Positions 1 to 10,230 of a DNA stretch of 64,000 nucleotides are shown here, piece after piece (within the stretch, counting starts at the first letter, position 1; every line of letters starts with the position of its first letter). A program made the position numbers and the translations under genes. The stretch covers positions 4,864,001-4,928,000 of the forward strand of contig OZ245046.1 in NCBI GenBank assembly GCA_965224245.1. Reading direction: 5' to 3'. This stretch comes from Candidatus Eiseniibacteriota bacterium. GTDB lineage: Bacteria; Eisenbacteria; RBG-16-71-46; CAZAMP01. The notes beneath the pieces are model-generated. The model saw only the letters and a program-made list of their open reading frames with translations. It did not search any database and had not been told where the DNA came from.

Positions 1-927
1 CGGGATCTCGAGGAGGCGAGGCGAGATACTCCTGTCTTGATGTGGCTTGCATGGATACCGGCGGTGGTGTGGCCCCTCGCCCTGCTCGGGGTGTTGTGGG
101 GGGTGTGGGGGGCGCGTCTTGGTTTTTTGATCGTTTCTTTTGTGTCTCTATATGGTTTCTCGGTTGTTTTGTTTTTTGTGAACAGTCGCCTCCGGCTGCC
201 AGTGATGCCCGGGCTGTTGATCGCGGCGGCGTACGGTGCCGTCGCCCTGGTGGCCGTGATACGAGAGCGGCGGACGCGTGCTCTCCTGGTGGCCGTGGGT
301 ATCCTGGGCGTGAGCGCTGCCGCCACGCACTCCCGCCTGCTCGGTGTCGATGAGCAGCGAGGCCTCACGGCGTTTCGCCTGAATCGGGCCGTGCTCCTGA
401 TCGAGTCGGGGCGGTGTGCACCCGCTCTCGACACATACCGCGAGCTCGCGGGGGACAATCCCGACTTGACCGAGGCCGCTTTCGGCCTGGCCCGGGCGAT
501 GGAGCGGTGCGGCGACGTGGGGGGGGCACTCGACCAGTACTCGGCGGTCAGCGCGCGGTGGCCGGAGTTCCCCTTCGCGGAGCTGGCGCGGGCGCGGCTG
601 CTCGCCGACCTGGATCGGGACGACGAGGCCGACGCCGCGTATCGCCGTGCCATCGACATGGACCCGGGCCTGGCGGATGGGCCACTCAACTACGCCAGCT
701 ACCTGGCCCGCGAGCAGCGGTTCGTCGAGGCGGTCACGCAGTTCGAGCGAGGCCTCGAGATGGATCCGAGCCGGTTGAAGTCGTGGGTGGCGTATGGCTA
801 TACTCTCGCGCGAGTTGGGCGTATCGAGGACGCTCGGGCGGCTTTCCGCCGTGCGCTCGCGCTCGACCCCCACGACGCGGCCGCGCAGGCCGGACTCCGG
901 ACGACCGACGCCAAACCGGGACCATGA
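1..927 (+). CDS. Membrane protein with C-terminal TPR repeats (3' part; resembles GT-C/TMTC-like glycosyltransferase-TPR proteins); starts before the window
   Basis: Frame is open from base 1. Several hydrophobic helices (FFVNSRLRLP motif) are followed by TPR-like repeats (AAFGLARAM..GD..GA, AYRRAIDMDP, AFRRALALDP). Confidence 0.75.
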   Translation, partial: RDLEEARRDTPVLMWLAWIPAVVWPLALLGVLWGVWGARLGFLIVSFVSLYGFSVVLFFVNSRLRLPVMPGLLIAAAYGAVALVAVIRERRTRALLVAVGILGVSAAATHSRLLGVDEQRGLTAFRLNRAVLLIESGRCAPALDTYRELAGDNPDLTEAAFGLARAMERCGDVGGALDQYSAVSARWPEFPFAELARARLLADLDRDDEADAAYRRAIDMDPGLADGPLNYASYLAREQRFVEAVTQFERGLEMDPSRLKSWVAYGYTLARVGRIEDARAAFRRALALDPHDAAAQAGLRTTDAKPGP

Positions 928-1019
928 GCGTCGGGGCCCACCGAGGCGCCGACTCACCGCATGACCGGGGGCGACCGTGGCGCAGGACCCTTCCTCTTCG
1001 AGAACGGAGACGCGGAAAC

Positions 1020-1469
1020 GTGAAGACTCAGGCAGCGATCGGGGCCGTGATCGCGCTCCTCGCGGCGGGTGCGGTCGTCTGGGTGCTGATGCCTCGCGGG
1101 CCGCGCGTCGTCGCGGTCGAGGGTGAGGGAGGCGAGCCTGCTCGGTCCGTCGTCGTCCTCGGCGCGGAGGATGGCGCTCGAGAGGTCATTCAGGTAATCG
1201 AGCCGCGCGATGGGGCGAGAGTATCACAATCGAGGACGGAGGACGTGTTCTTCCGCTGGCACGCAGTTCCAGGCGCAACCCGGTACATGTTCGTGGCCAA
1301 CGATGAGGTCGGCAAGATCGTGTGGCGAGGCGCGACGGTGGACACGGTGTTTCAGATGCCCGACAAGGCGTGGCGGATCCTCGTGCCAGGCGAGCGCCTG
1401 AAGTGGATCGTCCAGGCGCCGGGCGTGGGGGCGAGCTCCGACATCCAGCGCGTTCGGATCGGGTCGTAA
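1020..1469 (+). CDS. Hypothetical membrane-anchored protein with an Ig/FN3-like extracytoplasmic domain
   Basis: GTG at 1020 after GGAGA. N-terminal TM (AAIGAVIALLAAGAVVWVL), then a beta-rich domain (FFRWHAVPGATRY...WIVQA). Confidence 0.65.
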   Translation: MKTQAAIGAVIALLAAGAVVWVLMPRGPRVVAVEGEGGEPARSVVVLGAEDGAREVIQVIEPRDGARVSQSRTEDVFFRWHAVPGATRYMFVANDEVGKIVWRGATVDTVFQMPDKAWRILVPGERLKWIVQAPGVGASSDIQRVRIGS

Positions 1470-1522
1470 GCCGACCGATCGTGCGGCGAGGGGCCGCCGG
1501 GTAATCCGCGGCGACGCGACCG

Positions 1523-1538
1523 TGTTTCACGTGAAACC
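1523..1538. promoter_or_regulatory. parS: parS site (15/16 match)
   Basis: TGTTTCACGTGAAACC versus consensus TGTTTCACGTGAAACA, just upstream of parA. Confidence 0.9.
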
Positions 1539-1716
1539 CGCACCTCGGCGCGTGACGGGCTATCTCCATGCTGGCGACGGGCTTCGCCATCGGGCCTAAC
1601 GTGAATCAACGTGGCTGGAGCTAAGTCGCGACGTGCTCAGCGGGTGTATTGGCGCGGAATCTCTCCGCCCAGGGCGCGGCCACCATGTGACCGGGCGCCG
1701 TCGGCGCAACTCGTTG

Positions 1717-1732
1717 TGTTTCACGTGAAACA
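1717..1732. promoter_or_regulatory. parS: parS site (perfect palindrome)
   Basis: TGTTTCACGTGAAACA, exact match. Confidence 0.95.
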
Positions 1733-1912
1733 GCAGCCCGGGTTGTCCCATGCGCCCGTCCGCGCTACTCCTAGGCGCGCCCCGGGATTCCAGGGATCGA
1801 CGCACGTTGGTCACGCGACCCCGGGTAGAAACGCGACTGTGGAGACGGGCACGATGCGATGCTAGGTGCGACACGACCCGACGACTCGAGCAACGGCTTT
1901 GAGACGGCACCG

Positions 1913-2815
1913 ATGGCCGAGAGTGCCGCGGTGCCGCGCACGCGCTTCAGGCCGGGTGACGAGACCCGGATCATCGCGATCACGAACCAGAAGGGCGGCG
2001 TCGGAAAGACGACCACAGCGGTCAATCTGGCCGCCGCCCTCGCGATGGAGTCCCGGCGCGTGCTTCTCGTCGATCTGGACCCCCAGGCCAACTCATCGAG
2101 CGGTCTTGGAATCGACGGAAACGCCTACCCCGTGACCGTTTACGAGGCCGTCGTCGGCATCGGATCGCTCGTCGATGCGATACTCCCGACGGACGTTGCC
2201 GGGCTCGACCTTGCGCCGTCTTCTCGCCGGCTGGTCGGAGCAGAGATCGAGCTAACGTCGATGGAGCGCCGAGAGCACCGTCTCGCCGCCGCCCTCGCGT
2301 CGATCGAGGGACAGTACGACTTCGTCCTGATCGACTGCCCGCCCTCATTGGGGCTCTTGACGTTGAATGCGCTCACGGCAACGCGATCCGTCCTGATCCC
2401 CATCCAGGCGGAGTACTACGCACTGGAAGGACTCAGTGGACTGATGCAAACCATCCGGCGCGTCCAGCAGGCGCTGAATCCGGCCCTCTTCGTGGAGGGC
2501 GTGCTTCTCACGATGTATGACGCCCGACTGAATCTCGCTCGCCAGGTCGCGGACGAGGCGCGCCGGTTCTTCGGCGACCGCGTGTATGACGTGGCGATTC
2601 CACGCAACGTGAAGATCTCCGAAGCGCCGAGCTTCGGTCAGCCCGTTCTTGTTTACGATCCACAATGCGTCGGAGCCACGAGCTTCAAGACGCTCGCGGA
2701 GGAAGTGCTACGCGATGAGCAAGCGAGTTCTGGGGCGGGGGCTAGACGCCCTTCTGCCGGACACGAGACCGGAGACGACACCCTCGGGCAACCTGGTTCT
2801 CCAGGTCCCGCTTGA
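1913..2815 (+). CDS. parA: Chromosome partitioning ATPase ParA/Soj
   Basis: Deviant Walker [41 protein letters not shown]. Start codon uncertain (1859 or 1913). Confidence 0.95.
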   Translation: MAESAAVPRTRFRPGDETRIIAITNQKGGVGKTTTAVNLAAALAMESRRVLLVDLDPQANSSSGLGIDGNAYPVTVYEAVVGIGSLVDAILPTDVAGLDLAPSSRRLVGAEIELTSMERREHRLAAALASIEGQYDFVLIDCPPSLGLLTLNALTATRSVLIPIQAEYYALEGLSGLMQTIRRVQQALNPALFVEGVLLTMYDARLNLARQVADEARRFFGDRVYDVAIPRNVKISEAPSFGQPVLVYDPQCVGATSFKTLAEEVLRDEQASSGAGARRPSAGHETGDDTLGQPGSPGPA

Positions 2816-3596
2816 CGCCGTTCTCCCGAACCCCGAGCAGCCTCGACACGAGATGAACCCCGAGGCACTCACCGACCTGGCGAACTCCATCCGCGAGTTC
2901 GGCGTCATCGAGCCGATCCTGGTCAAGAGAGATGGTGATCGCTACATTCTGGTTGCCGGCGAGCGGCGCGTCATGGCTGCGCGAAAGGCCGGGCTCGAGT
3001 CCATTCCCGCGATCCTCCGCGACGACGCACCCGAGGAGATGCTCGCCGTTGCGCTCATCGAGAACATCCAGCGCGAGAACTTGAATGCGGTCGACGAGGC
3101 TCGTGCATACCGCCGACTGCAGGACGAGTACGGGCTGACCCACGAGGAGGTCGCCGACCGCGTGGGCAAGAGCCGCGTCGCGATCTCCAACTCTCTTCGC
3201 CTGCTCCAGCTCCCGACGGCCGTTTTGGACGATGTCTCGGCCGGGGTCCTCAGCGCTGGTCACGCGAGGGCGCTCCTTGCGGTGCAGGACTCGGAGGCCA
3301 GGGCGGCTCTCTGGGAGCGGATCAAGTCGGAGCAGCTCTCGGTACGGGCATCGGAGGATGCAGCCCGGGCAGCCTCATCGCCCAGGAAGACCAGCGGGCC
3401 GCGCCCCCGTACGGAGCAGCCGCGTGATCCTCAGCTCGGACATCTGGAGGACCGACTCCGGGAGACCCTCGGGACACAGATCCGGATCGCTCCGAAACGC
3501 GGAACCCGGGGCGGCCGGATCGAGGTCGAGTACTACGACCACGACGATCTCGATCGCCTGGTCACACTCCTCGTCGGACCAATCGACGCCTACTGA
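2715..3596 (+). CDS. parB: Chromosome partitioning protein ParB/Spo0J
   Basis: N-terminal LGRGLDALL ParA-activating peptide, [23 protein letters not shown] region. Confidence 0.95.
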   Translation: MSKRVLGRGLDALLPDTRPETTPSGNLVLQVPLDAVLPNPEQPRHEMNPEALTDLANSIREFGVIEPILVKRDGDRYILVAGERRVMAARKAGLESIPAILRDDAPEEMLAVALIENIQRENLNAVDEARAYRRLQDEYGLTHEEVADRVGKSRVAISNSLRLLQLPTAVLDDVSAGVLSAGHARALLAVQDSEARAALWERIKSEQLSVRASEDAARAASSPRKTSGPRPRTEQPRDPQLGHLEDRLRETLGTQIRIAPKRGTRGGRIEVEYYDHDDLDRLVTLLVGPIDAY

Positions 3597-3736
3597 GGCT
3601 CGTGCGCAACCGCGCAACGTCCGGCGCGGGCAGGCGTAGTCAAACGTAAGTGATTGGGAACTAAAGCGAATCGATCAGCTGACGATTGATTCCAGAAGGA
3701 CGGAGTCAACCTACAACCCAAGGGGGTCATCCCGCG

Positions 3737-4219
3737 ATGTTTGGGCGCAAGAAGAGTGAGAAGCCAGCGAGACGGCCGTCACCACCGGAGCCGGCGTCGC
3801 GTCGGGAGCCAGCGGCGCCGACACCGACCCCGACCCGGGCCCCGACGTCGGCGTCCACGCCGATGAACTCGGTCCTCGGTGGATCCGCGCGGTTCGTCGG
3901 GGACGTCGCCGTCGTCGGGACGATCCGGATCGATGGCGAGATCGAGGGAAACGTGGAGGCCAGCGAGCGAGTGCACATCGGTCGCGGCGGCGTCGTCAAC
4001 GGGTCGGTCGCGGCGCAGGACGTGATCGTCACCGGTAGCGTCGGCGGATCCATAACCGCCTCCGGAAAGGTGCATCTTCAGGCCACGGCCGCGCTGAGTG
4101 GAGACGTGGCGTGTCAGCGTCTCGTGATCGAGGAAGGGGCGCGCTTTGACGGCGCCTCGGTGATGGGCGGGGGGCAGCAGAAGCTCGAGGTGCTCGAAAC
4201 CAGCCGGGCGCACTCCTAG
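3737..4219 (+). CDS. Bactofilin (polymer-forming cytoskeletal protein)
   Basis: MFG-K membrane-targeting N-terminus, Pro-rich linker, beta-helix repeats (IRIDGEIEGNV, VHIGRGGVVNGSV, LVIEEGARFDG). Confidence 0.9.
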   Translation: MFGRKKSEKPARRPSPPEPASRREPAAPTPTPTRAPTSASTPMNSVLGGSARFVGDVAVVGTIRIDGEIEGNVEASERVHIGRGGVVNGSVAAQDVIVTGSVGGSITASGKVHLQATAALSGDVACQRLVIEEGARFDGASVMGGGQQKLEVLETSRAHS

Positions 4220-4224
4220 GTCGC

Positions 4225-4460
4225 TGTGGATAACCGAGGCGATCTGGGGATAAACATGGATTGTGTTGCGGGACAGTTGCTTGCGGCACTTTGTTCGTGT
4301 GTGCAACATCGCCTTATCCACATGACCGGAGCCTGGCGTGGGGCCGGATTCGACCCAAAACCCATAACGATCCGGGCGTGAGATTCACGAGGCCGCTTAC
4401 CCGTGCGATGAAGCGAGAGTGGTGCTTCTCTTGGTATGTTGATTGGGTTATGCATTGAGC
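4225..4460. other. oriC: Putative replication origin (oriC): DnaA-box cluster plus AT-richer tract
   Basis: TGTGGATAA 4225-4233 (perfect), TGGGGATAA 4245-4253 (1 mismatch), TTATCCACA 4314-4322 (perfect), weaker boxes between them. AT-richer tract at about 4425-4457. Lies in an ~800 bp gap next to parABS. Confidence 0.65.
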
Positions 4461-5030
4461 GTCGTGCCCGTCGGGTTGAGACTCCTGTGGGGCGGTGACA
4501 CGGCAGGTCGGCACGCGAGCCATAAATAAGCGGTTATGCGTTTGCGGTGGCGGCTTGGCGGATGGCGAGCACGAGTCGATCGGGGCCGGGTCGGGCGGAC
4601 GACGATCGTGCCATCGGGGCATGTTGAGAAGGGGCGCAGACCCGATACGCCGCGTTGCGGACCCGTTGAAACGCGCGGGTGTATTCTCCGGCTACCGGCC
4701 GAGGCGATCGCACGTGAAACGCCGCGATGTGGCTCGCCCCGGCTTGGGTCGAAGTGTTGCTGTCCTCTTCGTCTGCCAGATGAGAACGCGCGCCGATGTA
4801 TCGTATCGTGCGGTCTGCACCCCAAACAGCCGCGTCGATCGATCTCGTCGCCAGCAGGTGACGCGAAGAGAATCGTACGTGTACAGCACCAGCGGCGCAA
4901 CGAAAACGGGGACGGCGCCGCGGGTCCGGTGCTCGGCGCGTCGCGCCGGCAAACGGCCCGAAGGCCGCTTCTGTCCAATTGTTTAGGATCGCCGGTGCTT
5001 GCTCGCGCGTGACGCGAAGGAGGCGACGGA

Positions 5031-6140
5031 GTGCCAGGCAACTCGTTCGGTCAGCTCTTCCGGATCACGACCTTCGGCGAGTCGCACGGCCCGGCTCTCG
5101 GCGTCGTCGTGGATGGTTGCCCTCCGGACCTCGCGCTCGGCGAAGAGGATCTACGACCCGATCTCGCGCGGCGCCGACCGGGGCAGAGCGAGCTGACAAC
5201 CTCGCGGTCGGAGCGCGACGAGCCCCGCATCGTGTCGGGGGTGTTCGAGGGGCGCACGACCGGCACGCCGATCTGCATTCTCTTCGAGAACACCGACGCC
5301 CGCTCGCGCGACTACGACAGGATCGCGGGCGCGTATCGTCCCGGACACGCCGACTACACCTACGACGCCAAGTACGGCCGACGCGATCATCGCGGCGGCG
5401 GCCGTGCGTCGGCGCGCGAGACGGTGGCCCGCGTCGCCGCGGGCGCGATCGCGCGGAAGCTCCTGCTGAGAGACGGCATCCGGGTCGTCGGCTACACCCA
5501 GCGAATCGGCGATGTCGTCTACTCCGCGCCGGATCCGTCGGCCCTGACACACGCCGACGTGGATCGTCACGATGTGCGCTGCCCGGATCCCACCACCGCC
5601 GAGCGCATGGCGGAGCTCGTTCGCGACGTCAAGAAGGACGGCGACTCCATCGGCGGCGTCGCGGAGTTCGTGGCGGTGAACTGTCCGCCGGGACTCGGTG
5701 AGCCGGTCTTCGACAAGCTGAAGGCCTCGCTCGCCGCCGCGCTGCTCAGCATCCCCGCGGTGGTCGGGTTCGAGTACGGAAGCGGATTCGCGGCCGCGTC
5801 CATGCGCGGATCCGAGCACAACGATCCGTTCGTTCCCACCGATCTCGGAACCGGCACGTCCAGCAACCGCCACGGGGGCATGCTCGGCGGGATCTCTTCG
5901 GGCCAGCCGATCATCCTTCGCGCCGTCGTGAAGCCGACGTCGTCGATTCCACGGGAGCAGCGGACCGTCACTCGCGATGGCGAGGAGACCACGATCCGGG
6001 TGACGGGCCGCCACGATCCGTGTCTCATCCCGCGCTTCGTTCCGATCGGCGAGGCCATGATCGCGCTCGTCTTGATCGATCACCTGCTGCGCTGGCGCGC
6101 ACAGTGCGCGCCGCCCGGAGACGGACGCGACCGCGGTTAG
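5031..6140 (+). CDS. aroC: Chorismate synthase
   Basis: TTFGESHG, RPGHAD, RGGGRASARET, GGMLGGIS, GRHDPC signatures. Confidence 0.97.
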   Translation: MPGNSFGQLFRITTFGESHGPALGVVVDGCPPDLALGEEDLRPDLARRRPGQSELTTSRSERDEPRIVSGVFEGRTTGTPICILFENTDARSRDYDRIAGAYRPGHADYTYDAKYGRRDHRGGGRASARETVARVAAGAIARKLLLRDGIRVVGYTQRIGDVVYSAPDPSALTHADVDRHDVRCPDPTTAERMAELVRDVKKDGDSIGGVAEFVAVNCPPGLGEPVFDKLKASLAAALLSIPAVVGFEYGSGFAAASMRGSEHNDPFVPTDLGTGTSSNRHGGMLGGISSGQPIILRAVVKPTSSIPREQRTVTRDGEETTIRVTGRHDPCLIPRFVPIGEAMIALVLIDHLLRWRAQCAPPGDGRDRG

Positions 6141-6174
6141 TCGGCGACCCGGGCGGCGCCGCCGCCGTGGCCGG

Positions 6175-6804
6175 TCATCCCCGGGGATCGAGCACGAAGC
6201 ACGAGTGGTACGGGAGATCCGGGTTGCGGTACGCCCGGACGATGCGAGCCCCCGTGGAGCGGATCGCGCGCGTCACGTCCCGGTAACGCGTCCCCCGGTA
6301 GCCGATCTCCCAGTGGTGCTCCCCGTCGTACCGATACGGACCCAGCGTGTATCGCTCCGGAGACAGCGCGAACGTGCGCCAGCCGATCCTGGGCAGCCGA
6401 ACGCGCGCGGCGAGATACATGCGCACGTCCGGTACCGACACGAGCACCGCTCGCCGTGCGACGCGCGAGAGCTCGCCGACGCCGGATGCGAACTCGCCGA
6501 ACGGAAGGTGCTCCAGGACCTGGCAACACATGACCACGTCGAACGCCCCGTCCCCGAACGGGAGCGCGAGCACCGAGGCCGCGACGTCCGGTCCGAGTGC
6601 CGGGTCCACGTCAAGCGAGACCAGCGAGTGGCGCGTGAACGTGGGCACGACCGCGGACATGAACCCGTCGGCGACTCCGATCTCCAGGACGTCCGCCGCC
6701 TCCAGCTCGTACAGCTCCCGGAGCTGATTCGCGTACCCGTGAATGCGGAGGTGACTCCAGTACGCCGTCTTCTCGTAGTGTGCCTTCTCGGCCTGCTTGG
6801 CCAC
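6175..6804 (-). CDS. Class I SAM-dependent methyltransferase
   Basis: VLEIGVADG motif I, LPFGDGAFDVV, VLEHL, HHWEIG. Confidence 0.85.
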   Translation of the reverse strand: MAKQAEKAHYEKTAYWSHLRIHGYANQLRELYELEAADVLEIGVADGFMSAVVPTFTRHSLVSLDVDPALGPDVAASVLALPFGDGAFDVVMCCQVLEHLPFGEFASGVGELSRVARRAVLVSVPDVRMYLAARVRLPRIGWRTFALSPERYTLGPYRYDGEHHWEIGYRGTRYRDVTRAIRSTGARIVRAYRNPDLPYHSCFVLDPRG

Positions 6805-6921
6805 CCATCACGTCCTTTGCCAGCGATCCGATCGGAGTCCGGACGGAAACCACGGCGGGCATGGTAACGTAGCACCTCGGAGGCGTGCGACGACCGAGCG
6901 CGCCCAGGCGAGGAGGCGCAC

Positions 6922-7317
6922 ATGACCGGTGAGATCATCGTCACCCGCGAGCGACGTCAGGGGCTGCTGTTCCGGCTCCTGGCCAACGCGGCCGCCGTTT
7001 ACGTGGCCGGCGCGGTGCTGTCCGGCGTGCATGTCAGCGGCGTCGTGGGCGCCCTGATCGCCGCCCTCATTCTCACCATCGTCAACGCGATCGTCCGACC
7101 CGTGCTGGTGTTCATGACGCTGCCGCTCACGCTGATGACGCTGGGGCTGTTCCTGCTCGTCGTCAACGCGATGAGCCTGGGGCTGGCCGCCTGGCTGGCC
7201 GGCGGCGCGTTCGACATCTCGGGGTTTGGATCCGCCGTCGCCGCCTGGATTCTCATCTGGGCCGTGAACTGGGTCATCAGCTTGATCTTCCGGCGTGAAC
7301 GGGTCGAGGTCCGCTGA
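6922..7317 (+). CDS. YvlD/phage-holin-family (Phage_holin_4_2-like) membrane protein
   Basis: Four TM helices with NAIVRPVL..TLPLT.MTLGLF.LVVNA. RBS AGGAGG. Confidence 0.85.
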   Translation: MTGEIIVTRERRQGLLFRLLANAAAVYVAGAVLSGVHVSGVVGALIAALILTIVNAIVRPVLVFMTLPLTLMTLGLFLLVVNAMSLGLAAWLAGGAFDISGFGSAVAAWILIWAVNWVISLIFRRERVEVR

Positions 7318-7375
7318 CCGGACCGGACCGGACCCGCCCGCCCGTCGCCCCCGTCGGCCCCGTCGGCCCCGGGGC
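7316..7375. repeat. Short GC-rich tandem repeats
   Basis: (GACCG)x3 followed by CCCGTCGCCC, CCGTCGGCCC and CGTCGGCCCC directly after the stop codon. Confidence 0.5.
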
Positions 7376-8006
7376 CCAGGACCTCCGAGGCCTCCGTCCC
7401 CGACAACCCCGCGGTGGACCACCGCGAGAAGGCGGGACCGAACCGACCAAACCGACGACCCTCGACCGTCGATGCTCGACCGTCGTGCCGAATCCCCGGC
7501 ACGACGCCCGGGGGCGCCCCAGGCCGGCCTTCCACCCAACCATCTGAAAACAAACGACCTGGGGGCGCCGATCCGAACGCCGCCGCTACCTGGCACGTCG
7601 CCTGCAATGAAGAACGGGCGAGGCTCGAGACGGTCAAGCGGGCAGACATCCTCCGGAAAGTCCGGCGCGATGTCTTTCGTCGACGGCCTCAGCGAAAGCA
7701 ACCGCGCTTCCGCGAGCCGCCCCGCCCGAGGGGGTGACTCCCGACCGCGGAGACACGATGGCTCAATGCGGACCGGCCATCGCGCTCCGGGGAGGGGGTC
7801 GCCGCTCTCGACGATGGGCCGCGCAGCGGGCGCGCGACATGTTAGGGGATGCCTGAGAGGCTCGGTTCAAAGCGGGCGAGACTGAGCTGATCGGGCATAC
7901 CCATTTCGAGGGGCGCTCGGCTCCCTTTCGGGACCGGGCGCCCCTCGTCGTTGTACCCTCGGCGGGATGACGGTCGAAGTCCAACGTCCCACGCCCGAGG
8001 TGCCAC

Positions 8007-8984
8007 GTGAAACGCATCCACGTCCTGATCGCGGCCTGCGCCCTGGCCGTGTCGGCTCGAGCCGAACCGCCCCCACCCACCACGTTCTCCATCGTCGCCG
8101 CCGACCCGGCCGCCGGCGAGGTCGGGGTTGCGGTCGCCAGCCGGTTCTTCGCCGTGGGCACCGTCGTCCCACACGCGCGAGCCGACGTCGGCGCCGTGGC
8201 CACACAGTCCTTCGCCAACACGAGCTTCGGCCCGCGCGGGCTCGAGCTGCTGGCGGCCGGGGCCAGCCCGGAGGAGGTCCTAGCCATCCTGCTGCGAGCC
8301 GACGACGGCCGCGCCCAGCGCCAGGTCGGTGTCGTGTCCGCCGACGGGCAATCCGCCACGTTCACCGGCGACGCGTGTCTCGCGTGGGCCGGCGGCCGCA
8401 TCGGGGACGGCTACGCCGTGCAGGGCAACATCCTGGCGGGCGAGGCGGTCGTCGTCGAGATGGAGCGCGCGTTCCTGGAGAGCGCGGGCGAGCCGCTCGC
8501 CACGCGACTGTTCCGCGCGCTGGCCGCGGGCGACGCGGCCGGCGGAGATGCGCGCGGGAAGCAGTCCGCGGCGCTGGTCGTCGTTCGCGACTCGGCGGGC
8601 TACGGCGGATACACCGATCTCGCGGTGGACGTGCGCGTGGACGATCATCCCCGGCCGTTCGCCGAGCTCGAGCGTCTGCTCGGTCTCGCGCTCGTCAACG
8701 ATACGTGGAACCGGGGGTGGACCGCGTTCACCGAGAAGCGCTACGCGGAGGCGCTGGCGTGGCAGCGGAAGACGGCCGCCCTCGCCGAGTCCACGGGGTC
8801 GATGCTGCCCGAAGTGCTGTATGACCTCGCGGTCATCCAGGTCGCGAACGGGGACCTCGAGCCGGCGCGACGCTCGCTCGAGCGCGCGGTCTCGCTGAAC
8901 CCGAAGCTGGCCACGCAGGCCCGCGCCGACGCCGACCTGTCCGCGCTGGGCGACACGCTGGATCAGCTGCCCCAGGCGCCGTAG
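8007..8984 (+). CDS. Exported DUF1028 (Ntn-hydrolase-like) protein with C-terminal TPR
   Basis: Signal peptide, TFSIVA, VGAVATQS, QGNILAG, GGDARGKQSAAL, DVRVDDH, then a TPR (YDLA..GD...A...LERAV.LNP). Confidence 0.9.
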   Translation: MKRIHVLIAACALAVSARAEPPPPTTFSIVAADPAAGEVGVAVASRFFAVGTVVPHARADVGAVATQSFANTSFGPRGLELLAAGASPEEVLAILLRADDGRAQRQVGVVSADGQSATFTGDACLAWAGGRIGDGYAVQGNILAGEAVVVEMERAFLESAGEPLATRLFRALAAGDAAGGDARGKQSAALVVVRDSAGYGGYTDLAVDVRVDDHPRPFAELERLLGLALVNDTWNRGWTAFTEKRYAEALAWQRKTAALAESTGSMLPEVLYDLAVIQVANGDLEPARRSLERAVSLNPKLATQARADADLSALGDTLDQLPQAP

Positions 8985-9008
8985 TCGCCGGACCTGTCCG
9001 CGGTCGCG

Positions 9009-10064
9009 TCACTCGACGAGGCTCGTGTCGATCGGCAACACCGGGAGGCAGGCCCCGACGGGCGGGCGATAGTCGCCACGCACCATCAGATTGACGAGGT
9101 GCGAGACCCGGAAGCCGATTCCGAGGAGCGACCGGATCAGCTCGCTGTGCGACGTCGGCGCGAAGACGGCGACCGCATCGTGAGGATGCACGCATCGATC
9201 GGCCAGGCCGACGATGATCGACACCAGCGTGTGACAGTCGTTCGCCCACCCCGGGCCGATCACCCAGACACCGGTCCCGTGGAACGCACAGGCGAAGCCG
9301 TACGCGCCGTCGGGCGGATCCAGGATGACGCCGCGCGCGCGAGCGGCGAGCCGCTCGATCAGCACCGAGCGGTCCACGCCGATCGCCGCGGTGTCGAGCG
9401 CCCCGATGAGCGTGAGATCGGATCGGGCCGACGACGCGGGCGTCGAGGCGACGGTGTCGTCGCCGGCCCCGGCCGAGAGATCCGCGTCCCGGAGTGATGG
9501 CGCGGCGTTCGCCGCCGCCGGGCTGCGCACCTCCGACTCCCGCGCGCCGACCCCGGTCTCGCCGGACGCCGCCGTCTCGTGGATGAAGGGTCGATGGAAG
9601 GGACTGGCGTACGGACCTCCGGGTCCGGTCACGAGCAACGCCAGCGTCTCGCGAACGTCGAATCCCGCGCGGGCGTACAGCCGGTAGCTGATCGGGTTGA
9701 ACGAATCCTGAAGCAGCCGTGCGCTCCGGTCGCCCACGCTCAGCAGGATCTCGTTCAGGAGTCGGCGTCCATGGCCGCGTCCCTGCACGTCCGGGTCTAT
9801 CGCCACCGGACCGATGAACGCTGCCTCGGGCGAGAGCTGCGTGAAGCTGACACCCAGCGCCTGCCCGGCCGGGCCCTCCAGGATGAGGCCGCCGGACGGA
9901 TCCGAGGCGAGCGCGGCCGCCGCGAGCGCCGCCCCGCTGCGACTGTCGGTCACCGGCTCGGGGTAGCCGTAGCGTCGAAAGCTCCGCGAGAAGGCCCGGT
10001 AGATGATGCGTCCGGCGATCTCGAGATCGCCGGGCTCGAGCGGCCGGATCGTACAGTGTGTCAC
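9009..10064 (-). CDS. GNAT acetyltransferase (tandem GNAT, YitH-like)
   Basis: IGPVAIDPDVQGRGHGRRL acetyl-CoA motif, LYARAGF. GTG start after AAGGA. Confidence 0.8.
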   Translation of the reverse strand: MTHCTIRPLEPGDLEIAGRIIYRAFSRSFRRYGYPEPVTDSRSGAALAAAALASDPSGGLILEGPAGQALGVSFTQLSPEAAFIGPVAIDPDVQGRGHGRRLLNEILLSVGDRSARLLQDSFNPISYRLYARAGFDVRETLALLVTGPGGPYASPFHRPFIHETAASGETGVGARESEVRSPAAANAAPSLRDADLSAGAGDDTVASTPASSARSDLTLIGALDTAAIGVDRSVLIERLAARARGVILDPPDGAYGFACAFHGTGVWVIGPGWANDCHTLVSIIVGLADRCVHPHDAVAVFAPTSHSELIRSLLGIGFRVSHLVNLMVRGDYRPPVGACLPVLPIDTSLVE

Positions 10065-10230
10065 GCGCCGGTCCTTGCTGATTGCCAGGCGCGCGCCCGA
10101 GGCGTGGACAGCGCTGCCGACGCGGCGCGCACCGAGGGGCGCGAGCATCGTACCCAGCGGCCGGCGCGGGTTCAAACGGGTTGGCGTTGCGCCGAACGCC
10201 TCAGTGCCATGCGGTCGAGGCTGGCCCGGG

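Noticed and set aside
2715-2815. 101-bp parA/parB overlap as a frameshift
   Set aside because: Both proteins are complete; the overlap only adds a low-complexity tail to ParA.
6922-7317. Prophage suggested by the holin-family annotation
   Set aside because: YvlD-type membrane proteins are common chromosomal genes, and there are no phage genes nearby.
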